Assembly (NCBI GenBank): GCA_027050205.1
Contig: JALUCS010000049.1
Coordinates: 1 to 15,218 of the forward strand
Length of the DNA: 15,218 nucleotides
Direction of reading: 5' to 3'
From: a candidate division WOR-3 bacterium
GTDB lineage: Bacteria > Hydrothermota > Hydrothermia > LBFQ01
Positions 1 to 8,941 of this stretch are shown one piece after another; positions within the stretch are counted from its first letter, which is position 1; the number at the start of each line of letters is the position of its first letter. A program made the position numbers and the translations under genes. The notes below the pieces were generated by a model. That model worked only from the letters and a program-made list of their open reading frames with translations. It did no database searches and was not told the origin of the DNA.

Positions 1-361
1 CGTACCCGATGAAGCGGTCCGGCTCACCCGTCTTGGGGTCTACGTAGAAGTCCTTGAGCTGGCTTATCTCCCAGTTCTGACAGAAGAGGCAGCTGAAGTT
101 GCACCCCACCGTACCTATGGAGAGGATGTCCTCACCGGGCAGGAAGTGGTATAGGGGTTTCTTCTCAATCGGGTCTATGTGTATGGCCGCCGCCTTGCCG
201 TAGGTGACGAGGTAGAGCTTGCCGTCGTAGTTCCTCCTGACCCCGCACTTCCCCGACTCCCCCGGTTTTATGGCGCACCAGTGGTGGCAGGCCGTACACT
301 GCACAACCCCCTTCTTCAGGGGCCTGTAGAGATCGCACTCTCTTAGGGACGATGAAACCAT
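1..361 (-). CDS. amrS: AmmeMemoRadiSam system radical SAM enzyme (5' part; runs off the window start)
   Basis: Not in the ORF track; translated by hand from the ATG at 361-359: MVSSSLRECDLYRPLKKGVVQCTACHHWCAIKPGESGKCGVRRNYDGKLYLVTYGKAAAIHIDPIEKKPLYHFLPGEDILSIGTVGCNFSCLFCQNWEISQ... It has the N-terminal CxxCxxxC...C cluster, the DPIEKKPLYHF signature and the radical SAM CxxxCxxC (CNFSCLFC) followed by QNWEISQ. Confidence 0.92.
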   Translation of the reverse strand, partial: MVSSSLRECDLYRPLKKGVVQCTACHHWCAIKPGESGKCGVRRNYDGKLYLVTYGKAAAIHIDPIEKKPLYHFLPGEDILSIGTVGCNFSCLFCQNWEISQLKDFYVDPKTGEPDRFIGY

Positions 362-370
362 CTACTGCGT

Positions 371-376
371 ATTTTA
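371..376 (-). promoter_or_regulatory. Putative -10 box (TAAAAT) 9 nt upstream of the amrS ATG
   Basis: Minus strand reads TAAAAT-ACGCAGTAG-ATG with no SD. The same arrangement occurs at three other genes in the window. Confidence 0.55.
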
Positions 377-385
377 AAGCAGAAG

Positions 386-408
386 GGGACGCCCCTTTGG
401 GGCGTCCC
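386..408 (-). terminator. Probable intrinsic terminator of gdhA
   Basis: Perfect 10-bp GC-rich inverted repeat GGGACGCCCC-ttt-GGGGCGTCCC, 15 nt past the gdhA stop. It is followed on the minus strand by CTTCTGCTTT, an imperfect U-tract. Confidence 0.75.
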
Positions 409-423
409 GATTAACCCTTGGCT

Positions 424-1797
<1,374 letters not shown>

Positions 1798-1799
1798 CC

Positions 1800-2799
1800 C
1801 CTGCTTTTACGAAAATGTAGGGGGCGATGGTGGTAATTCGTCCGAAGGGCCGATTCTCAATCTCCACCTACGTACTCCCCCGTTTGGGACAGGGTATTGG
1901 CCAACGGCAACGGGGACTGACGACGGCAGGGTAGCCCGCCTAGGTGTTGTGCTGGTAGGAGAATATACGAAACGTACCTTCAAAAATCCGGTATCCGCAT
2001 TTCAGGGAACTTGCATCCAAACTCATCCGCTAATCCTTGGAACGCCGTAGAAATCCCGTAGTTCTCTCTATAAACTTCAAAAATTGTGCAAGATGCCAAC
2101 CTCCCGTTTTCGGTCTGTGGGGAGTAGAATACGGCGTAGTGTTATGCCTGATAAGGGATCCAGTACGATTGTACCGAGAAACGCTACAAAAATCCACCTT
2201 CCAAATTACGATGTAAAAGTACGGGTCGCAATCCCTATTACGGATGATGAGAATCGGAAATCCGACTTGGTACCGGTGATGCGGGGAGACCCCCTAGAGG
2301 TTGCTCCATCCCATACGCTGAAGACCGGATTATGATCCCATTAAGTTCAGAGATATATCCGAATTTCTTCATAATTTTTGTTGTTTTTATGAGACAATAT
2401 CAGAAATTCCGTATAAATTAATGAAAAATATATTGAAATTAAAAACTTCGTTCCTAAAATGCTAATAATACCAAGATCTCCAATTCTAACATAAATTGGA
2501 TTTTACAGTTGCATCTGACAGAAACGCGGAGACCCACCGATTCCTTCAAAAACTGAAAATCGGACTTTAAGGAACTAAAACCTATACTTCAAAAAATTGT
2601 AAGTCGTAATGACAAATTTTGAAATCACCTGGGTATTACGCCGGTAAGGGTATGGACCGGATCTCGGAAAGGACGATCGGAGGAATTCGTTAGCATCCTC
2701 AAAAAGTTGAAATCTGACTTCGGTAAATATGAAAAACATTAACGAAAACCGTAAATTCAACCACCACTTCCACCGGATACCCGGATGCCTGTAGAAGAC
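1800..2799. other. About 1 kb apparently non-coding spacer with an AT-rich core (about 2340-2520)
   Basis: Contains only short ORFs with no recognisable motifs or SD. A CTTCAAAAA motif recurs and there are small inverted repeats. Confidence 0.55.
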
Positions 2800-5046
2800 C
2801 TACTTCAACAACCTCTCCCCCGTGTTCTCTATCCCGACCTTCCTCTTCTGTGGCAGCTTGAAGTCCCTGCTGAAATTATACTGCAGGACGAGGCTAACGT
2901 TGGGCCATTTCATTCGGTTGTACTTGTAGGAGTAGTAGTCCTCACCCTCTACCGTTATCTCGTACTTCCAGAGCTTAAAGGGGTCCGTGGCCGAGAGGAC
3001 GAGGGAGAAACCCTGCACCTGCGTCATAAAGGCAATCTGGGTGTATATCTCCTGGCCGTATCGCCCCCATACGGCCTTACGGGGGGCCATATAGTCTATC
3101 TGGGCCTGGAGCATGCCAACGAGGGCGAAGACGGTTAGGGAGGCCGAACCTCCGTACTCGCTTGAGGTGATATTTGCGTAGGAGTACCTCCTGTAGTTGG
3201 GACTTAGGTTGAAGCGGAGAAGACCCTTGAGAAGAGAGCCATCAAGGTAGAGCGAGCCTCCGTAGTCGTACCCGCCCCCGGCGTTTATGAACCTCTTGAC
3301 CATTACGTTATAGCCGTCCCCGTAAGGGTACTCTTGGACATCAAAGACATTCTCCCTCTTGGAGGCGTAAATTTCGGGTGTTATGGATAGGGGGCCGAGG
3401 GAGTAGTTGGTACCCACCTCAAGGGTGTTGGAGTACTCCGGCAGTACCTCCGGGTTCCCCTCCCGTATCTCCGTTCTACCTTCGGATATCCTGACCGGTA
3501 AGAAGACGTCCCCGTAGGGTCTCCAAACCCTCCGCGACAGGCTAACGTAAAAACGGTTCTTTCCGCCGTAGGGGTAGGAGAGGTGCAGGGTGGGGAAGGG
3601 AGCAAAGTACTTCACCCTTATGGGGGCATCCTCCGTGGTCACGTTGAAATGGCGGTTCATGTACTCCAGTCGCAGGCCCACCTTGTAGGAGATTTTGCCG
3701 AGGTTGGAGGATAGGGTGACATACATCGCATAGGTCTCGTCTCTCCCGTTGAAAGAGTAATCGGGAAGCTCCGGGAAGTTGGGCGTCGTTACGCGTAGGC
3801 TGTCATAACGGGAGTAAAGTTCAAACTCCCCCTTGTAGCCTGCATTGAGCTTGAAATCGCCCATCCTCCTCCCGTATCGTATCTCTCCGAAGCCGTACCT
3901 GACTACGCTTCTGCCTTCGTACTGGACGTAGCCGTCGGCCGCGCTGTCGTTGGAAAACCTGTGGCTGGAGTAGTGAGAGCCGTACAGGGTGAGGGAGAGG
4001 GTATGCCCCTTGGAGAAATCGTGGTCGTAGCCGAGGAGGAGATGGTGCCTGGGGGATGTGAGGGTAAGGATAGTGAAGTTTGCGTTAGTATCCCCGTTTA
4101 AGACGTACTCGTAAAGGGCGCTTACCGTAGGCTCCTTGTATATGCTTCCAACCTCAAAACTTACCCGGTCCTTCTCGGTTAAAAGGTACCTGAACCCTGC
4201 CTCTCCCCCGGCCGTTCTGTTCTCGTTTACGGCGTCCTCTGCAATCATAGCGACCGTATCGCCTCCGAGGATGTACTCACCATAAACTAAGGGCCTGTTT
4301 ATCCATCTCATCAACCTCAACCGGATGTAGGGCTGGAACCTCCCCGTACTCAAGCCGAAAGTACCGTTCAGCATACCACCGAGATAGGAGTTCGCCACCC
4401 CCTGAAGGCTGAAGCCGTACCCTGCTACCCTCCTCCGCTTCATCACTACGTTTATTATCGCGCTGCCTTCGGCGTCGTACTCCGCAGAGGGGTTGGTTAT
4501 GACCTCTATCCTCTCAACCTGCGAGGCCGGTATCTCCTTGAGGGTCATATTTGTGGGCCTCCCATCCACAAAGAGGATGTACCTGTCGCTTCCCCTTATC
4601 TCCACGTTCCCCTGCGGGTCCACCTTCACCCCCGGAACACCCCTCAAGGCGTCCGCCGCACTCCCTCCCCGGCTCACTATATCCGCCGAGGGGGTTATCA
4701 CCTTCCTATCCACCTCGTACCGTACTTTGGGGGGTGTGGCCTCAACGACCACCTCCTCTGTCCTTATGGGCTGCGGAGAGAGGGTGATGGTGCCGACGTT
4801 GGTGTCCCTCTTTACCTCAACCGGGCCGATGAAGGTCCTCCTGTAGCCTACGAAGTCTGCGGAGATGAGGTATCTGCCAGCTTTGATGTTTTTGAGGACG
4901 AAGACCCCCTTCTCGTCTGTGTATGTGCCGGTCAGTTTGGACGTATCCTTCGGGTTGTGGAGGATTACAACGGCGTAGGCCATGGGCCTGCCGCTTTCCG
5001 AGTCAATCACCTTGCCGCTGACGGTTAAGCCTATCAGATACATCAT
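2800..5046 (-). CDS. TonB-dependent-receptor-like outer-membrane beta-barrel protein (carboxypeptidase-regulatory-like N domain + plug + barrel)
   Basis: 748 aa. N domain TVSGKVIDSESGRPMAYAVVIL...TYTDEKGVFVLKNIKAGRYLISADFVGY; TonB-box-like EEVVVEA; plug DALRGVPGVKVDPQGNVEIRG...VDGRP...IPASQVERIEVITNPSAEYDAEGSAIINVVMK; alternating aromatic strands; EGNPEVLPE; last strand VSLVLQYNF plus a charged tail. Confidence 0.9.
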   Translation of the reverse strand: MMYLIGLTVSGKVIDSESGRPMAYAVVILHNPKDTSKLTGTYTDEKGVFVLKNIKAGRYLISADFVGYRRTFIGPVEVKRDTNVGTITLSPQPIRTEEVVVEATPPKVRYEVDRKVITPSADIVSRGGSAADALRGVPGVKVDPQGNVEIRGSDRYILFVDGRPTNMTLKEIPASQVERIEVITNPSAEYDAEGSAIINVVMKRRRVAGYGFSLQGVANSYLGGMLNGTFGLSTGRFQPYIRLRLMRWINRPLVYGEYILGGDTVAMIAEDAVNENRTAGGEAGFRYLLTEKDRVSFEVGSIYKEPTVSALYEYVLNGDTNANFTILTLTSPRHHLLLGYDHDFSKGHTLSLTLYGSHYSSHRFSNDSAADGYVQYEGRSVVRYGFGEIRYGRRMGDFKLNAGYKGEFELYSRYDSLRVTTPNFPELPDYSFNGRDETYAMYVTLSSNLGKISYKVGLRLEYMNRHFNVTTEDAPIRVKYFAPFPTLHLSYPYGGKNRFYVSLSRRVWRPYGDVFLPVRISEGRTEIREGNPEVLPEYSNTLEVGTNYSLGPLSITPEIYASKRENVFDVQEYPYGDGYNVMVKRFINAGGGYDYGGSLYLDGSLLKGLLRFNLSPNYRRYSYANITSSEYGGSASLTVFALVGMLQAQIDYMAPRKAVWGRYGQEIYTQIAFMTQVQGFSLVLSATDPFKLWKYEITVEGEDYYSYKYNRMKWPNVSLVLQYNFSRDFKLPQKRKVGIENTGERLLK

Positions 5047-6568
5047 ACGCCTTACCCCCTTTTATCTCCAAAATTCTCTCAAAACGCCTCCATAGTCCCT
5101 CGTTCCCGTGCATAACCACCACCAGAGCCTTCCCCTCCGTAAGGGAGAGTACGGCCTCCGCAACATCCGGAATGCTTTCGGTATCCACGTTCTCAAAAGG
5201 CTCGTCCAAGAGGTAGCAGTCGGCATCCCGCGATAGGGTTAGGGCTACGATGAACTTCTTGAGCTGTCCGGCCGAAAGTTGGGAGGGGGGTTTGTCCGTC
5301 GCTATGCGGAACCGTTTGAGGAGGTTCGCGAGTACCTCCCGGTTGAAAACGTCCAGATTCAAATACTCCCCCACCGGTACGTCCGGAACGTAATTTGGCA
5401 TAAAGGAGACCTCCCTACACCGGGAAACCCTACCACGCTCCGGCTTCAGGAGACCGGCCATTATCAAAAGTAGGGTACTCTTCCCGGAGCCGTTCGGACC
5501 CACCACAAGCACCCTCTCCCCCTTCCTTACGGTCAAGCTTACGCCCTCAAGTACCCTGCGGTCGCCGTAAGAGAAGGAGACGTCCTCAAGCCTTATTCCA
5601 TCGCCGGCCCCATCCTCACCTTCGGAGACAACGTTTAAGAGGCTATCCACCCTCTCCAGTTGTGCCTTCCGGCTCAAGACCTGCGGAATGCCCTCAATTA
5701 TGCTTCCAAGGGCGGAGTAGAAGGGGTAAAAGGCCGCCATAAAGCCAAAGAAGTCCCCAACGGTTATCTTGCCAAGTAGGAGGAGATAGACGTTCAGACC
5801 TATGAAGGCCACCTGGACGCTCATGCTCCCAAGGCGGTTGATGAGGACGTACCCCTCCCTGACCTTTTGAAACTCGTACAGGGTGTTGAGGAAGCCAAGG
5901 GCGTTTTTGAGGACGTAACCTGTCGCCCACCCTACGAGGTTGAAGACCTTAACGAAGGCGTAGGACTTGAGAGCATCTGTGAGGGAGGAGCGCAACCGTG
6001 CCTCCCTTTCCATCCTCTCCTTTGAAACCTCTCCCAGCCTCCCCCCGAACCTCCGCGTGATGATGAAGGATAGCAGGGCGAGGGGTATAACAACGAGGGT
6101 GGCTATCGGGGATAGGAGGAACATGACTATCAGGCGGGCGGCGGAGGATACGACGGCACTTATGAGCCTGAACATCAATGACAGGGTTGATATTACGACC
6201 TCTTGAGGCTCCTCGTATATGCGACTTAGGTAGTATCCCGGCCCCGATTTGACTATATCTTCGTACGGTAGGAGGTAGTAGTGCCGGAGGAGCTTACCGA
6301 GGATGTGGTACCGCACCCCGTTCTCAAACTTGGTGTATAAGAGGGTATAGAGGTACTCCAGAACGATGCCAGCGATGGAGAGGAGGACGAAGAGGGCGAA
6401 GACTAAAATAAAGCCCTTGAAGTCTCTGTAGTATAAGCTGACGTCAAAGAGTCTCTTCTGCAGCAGGGGTTCAACGAAAGCCAGAGCAGGGAATATTACG
6501 GCCACTACTACGATGTTTATGGCGATGGGCAAGGCGAAGCGTTTAAGTATCCCCTTGAGAAGTCCCAT
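5003..6568 (-). CDS. ABC exporter, fused permease + ATP-binding subunit
   Basis: 521 aa. About 6 hydrophobic segments in the N-terminal 300 aa; Walker A GPNGSGKS, signature LSAGQ, Walker B YLLDEP, H-switch VVMH. AAGGA SD-like sequence upstream. The 3' end overlaps the barrel gene start by 44 nt. Confidence 0.92.
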   Translation of the reverse strand: MGLLKGILKRFALPIAINIVVVAVIFPALAFVEPLLQKRLFDVSLYYRDFKGFILVFALFVLLSIAGIVLEYLYTLLYTKFENGVRYHILGKLLRHYYLLPYEDIVKSGPGYYLSRIYEEPQEVVISTLSLMFRLISAVVSSAARLIVMFLLSPIATLVVIPLALLSFIITRRFGGRLGEVSKERMEREARLRSSLTDALKSYAFVKVFNLVGWATGYVLKNALGFLNTLYEFQKVREGYVLINRLGSMSVQVAFIGLNVYLLLLGKITVGDFFGFMAAFYPFYSALGSIIEGIPQVLSRKAQLERVDSLLNVVSEGEDGAGDGIRLEDVSFSYGDRRVLEGVSLTVRKGERVLVVGPNGSGKSTLLLIMAGLLKPERGRVSRCREVSFMPNYVPDVPVGEYLNLDVFNREVLANLLKRFRIATDKPPSQLSAGQLKKFIVALTLSRDADCYLLDEPFENVDTESIPDVAEAVLSLTEGKALVVVMHGNEGLWRRFERILEIKGGKAYDVSDRLNRQRQGD

Positions 6569-6593
6569 AGCTTTTTCCTTCTGCGTGGAGGGT

Positions 6594-6599
6594 AATCTA
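6594..6599 (-). promoter_or_regulatory. Possible -10 box (TAGATT) for the ABC/barrel operon
   Basis: Minus strand TAGATT-ACCCTCC closely mirrors the gdhA upstream TAGAAT-ACCCTCC. It lies 25 nt before the ATG. Confidence 0.35.
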
Positions 6600-6621
6600 T
6601 AGGTGAAGGTGACGGGGTATC

Positions 6622-6652
6622 AGGCCTTTCGCCAGGGGGTTGGCGAACGCCT
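6622..6652. other. GC-rich inverted repeat (hairpin or operator) upstream of the ABC gene
   Basis: AGGC-ct-TTCGCCA-gggggt-TGGCGAA-c-GCCT. Confidence 0.4.
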
Positions 6653-6951
6653 CGGAGCTGAATTACGGATTTTAGAAATTTCTTCTTTACATTTTGCTAA
6701 TATTTGTGTTCATTTCTATTACGAATTTTAACCATCCTGTGCGTCAAAAATGTAAAGGGTAATTGGTAGAGGTCATTTATGTTAGTAATTTATATGAGGT
6801 TGAATAACTATATACCAAGAATACGTGAAATTCTAATCAATCTTCCAACTTCTTGCAACATCCTTTACTCATCCTCGTTATTCCCACCGTCCCCTATCCC
6901 CTTTGCTTAATAACCCAACATCGTACCGCCTACCATCCTCCCCTCCCGGCT

Positions 6952-6957
6952 TAAAAT
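6952..6957 (+). promoter_or_regulatory. Putative -10 box (TAAAAT) 7 nt upstream of the acyl-CoA synthetase ATG
   Basis: TAAAAT-ATCCCCT-ATG with no purine-rich SD upstream. Confidence 0.6.
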
Positions 6958-6964
6958 ATCCCCT

Positions 6965-8899
6965 ATGAAGGTGCTGAGTTTCCCCGTTGAATGGAAGCCC
7001 ACGGACGAGTGGATTGAGAACTCCAACATCTACCACCAGATGAAGAAGTACGGCATACCCTCCTACGAGGAGTTCCTGAAACGCTCCTTCAGCGACTACG
7101 ATTGGTTCTGGCGGGCCTACTTTGAGGACACCGGCTTCTACTGGCACGAGCCTTACAAGCAGACCGTAGACCTCTCCCGCGGCAAGCCTTGGGCGAAGTG
7201 GTGGGTGGGGGGCAAACTCAACTGGACCTACAACGCCCTTGACCGCCACCCCCAAGACAAGGTGGCCCTGATATGGGAGGGGGAGAACGGAGAGGTGCGC
7301 ACCTACACCTACGGCCAGCTGAAGGCGGAGGTGAACCGCCTCGCCAACGCCCTCAAGCAGCTCGGCGTAAAGGAGGGGGACGCCGTCGGCATATACCTGC
7401 CCTTCATACCGGAGACCGCCATATCCCTCCTTGCCATATCCCGTATCGGGGCGGTGGTGGTACCCCTCTTCTCCGGTTTCGGCCCGGAACCCATAAGGGT
7501 GAGGCTCTCGGACGCCGATGCCAAAGTCGTTATAACGACGGACTACGCCTGGCGCAAGGGCAACCGCATCCCCATGCTCAACACACTACGTCAGACCTAC
7601 AAGGACCTACCCTCCCTTGACAGGGTGATAGTCGTACGCCGGGACAAAAATACCTCCCTGATGTGCAACGAGCTGGACTACGAGGACTTCGTCAGGTGTG
7701 AGTCCAGCGACCTTGAGGTGAAGGCCTACGACCCCGATCACCTCTTTATGGTCATATACACCTCCGGAACGACCGGGAAACCCAAGGGGGCCAGGCACGT
7801 CCACGGCGGCTTCATGATAAAGGGCGCCCAGGATATGTATCACCTCTTTGACATAAAGCCCAACGATGTCATAACGTGGGTGACGGACATAGGCTGGATG
7901 ATGGGACCGTGGTTGATAGGGGGCGGACTGGTGAGCGGAGCCACCGTATTCATGTACGAGGGCCTTCCCTCCTATCCAAAGCCCGACCGCCTCTGGGAGA
8001 TGGTTGAGAGGCACGGCATTACCATCCTCGGCATAACCCCCACCCTCATAAGGGCCTTGATGAAGGAAGGGGACGAGTGGGTCAAGAAGTACGCGATGGA
8101 GCATCTGCGTATGGTGGGGTCGACGGGTGAGCCGTGGGACCCGAAGTCGTGGTCCTGGACCTACACTAATGTCCTGAAGGGTAAGAAGCCCATAATAAAC
8201 TACTCCGGGGGGACGGAGATCTCCGGCGGAATCCTCGGATGCGTGGTCGTAAGGCCCATAAAACCGACCTCCTTCAACACCCCCGTACCCGGCGTAGAGG
8301 CTCTGGCCGTGAACGAGGAGGGGAAGCCGGTTAAAGGGGAGATAGGCTATCTGGCCATCGCCAACGTCAACCCCGGAATGACCCGGTCCTTCTGGAAGGA
8401 CGACGAGAGGTACATCCGGACCTACTGGAGCCGCTGGGAGGGTCTCTGGTACCACGGGGACCTCGTTTATATAGACGAGGACGACTTCTGGTACATCCTT
8501 GGCAGGGCGGACGACACCCTGAAGATCGCCGGCAAGAGGGTCGGACCCTCCGAGCTTGAAGCCCTCGCCAACGAGCATCCGGCCGTGGTTGAGAGTGCCG
8601 CCGTCGGTGTCCCGGACGAGGTGAAGGGACAGGTGGCCGTCCTATTCGTCGTACTCAAGGAGGGATACGAGCCTTCGGAGGAGATAAAGCGCCAGATAAT
8701 GGAGAACGTCGTAAGGAAGATGGGTAAGGCCCTCGCCCCCAAGGACGTGGTCTTCGTAAGCGGCCTGCCCAAGACGAGGAACGCCAAGGTGATGCGTAGG
8801 CTCATAAGGGCGGCCTACCTCGGCGAAGACCTCGGAGACACCTCGGCCCTCGTAAATCCGGAGGTGTTGGAGGAGATAAGGAGGAAGGGCAGGGGGTAG
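6965..8899 (+). CDS. AMP-forming acyl-CoA synthetase (acetate/acetoacetate-CoA ligase-like)
   Basis: 644 aa. AMP-binding motif YTSGTTGKPKG, TDIGWMMG, NYSGGTE, WYHGD, GRADDTLKIAGKRVGPSELE and C-terminal LPKTRNAKVMRR with the catalytic Lys. The exact substrate cannot be assigned. Confidence 0.93.
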   Translation: MKVLSFPVEWKPTDEWIENSNIYHQMKKYGIPSYEEFLKRSFSDYDWFWRAYFEDTGFYWHEPYKQTVDLSRGKPWAKWWVGGKLNWTYNALDRHPQDKVALIWEGENGEVRTYTYGQLKAEVNRLANALKQLGVKEGDAVGIYLPFIPETAISLLAISRIGAVVVPLFSGFGPEPIRVRLSDADAKVVITTDYAWRKGNRIPMLNTLRQTYKDLPSLDRVIVVRRDKNTSLMCNELDYEDFVRCESSDLEVKAYDPDHLFMVIYTSGTTGKPKGARHVHGGFMIKGAQDMYHLFDIKPNDVITWVTDIGWMMGPWLIGGGLVSGATVFMYEGLPSYPKPDRLWEMVERHGITILGITPTLIRALMKEGDEWVKKYAMEHLRMVGSTGEPWDPKSWSWTYTNVLKGKKPIINYSGGTEISGGILGCVVVRPIKPTSFNTPVPGVEALAVNEEGKPVKGEIGYLAIANVNPGMTRSFWKDDERYIRTYWSRWEGLWYHGDLVYIDEDDFWYILGRADDTLKIAGKRVGPSELEALANEHPAVVESAAVGVPDEVKGQVAVLFVVLKEGYEPSEEIKRQIMENVVRKMGKALAPKDVVFVSGLPKTRNAKVMRRLIRAAYLGEDLGDTSALVNPEVLEEIRRKGRG

Positions 8900-8927
8900 T
8901 TTAGGCCACACGGCGGCGTTTCGGGGG

Positions 8928-8933
8928 TATAAT
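8928..8933 (+). promoter_or_regulatory. Putative -10 box (TATAAT) 8 nt upstream of the ankyrin gene ATG
   Basis: Consensus TATAAT-ATCTTCCT-ATG with no SD. Confidence 0.65.
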
Positions 8934-8941
8934 ATCTTCCT

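Noticed and set aside
1986..2786. Imperfect inverted pair ATCCGGTATCCG / CCGGATACCCGGAT as MITE ends
   Set aside because: Only about 12 bp with an indel. It does not extend and there is no target-site duplication.
1800..2799. Possible CRISPR array or replication origin in the long spacer
   Set aside because: No regularly spaced 25-40 bp repeats, no good DnaA boxes (TTATCCACA-like), and no cas or dnaA genes in the window.
6800..6950. Tiny minus-strand ORFs in the purine-skewed stretch upstream of the ABC gene (e.g. MSKGCCKKLED)
   Set aside because: Under 20 codons with poorly spaced SD-like sequences; no supporting evidence.
7607..8578. 323-aa minus-strand ORF antisense to the acyl-CoA synthetase
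   Set aside because: Shadow ORF with no recognisable domain.
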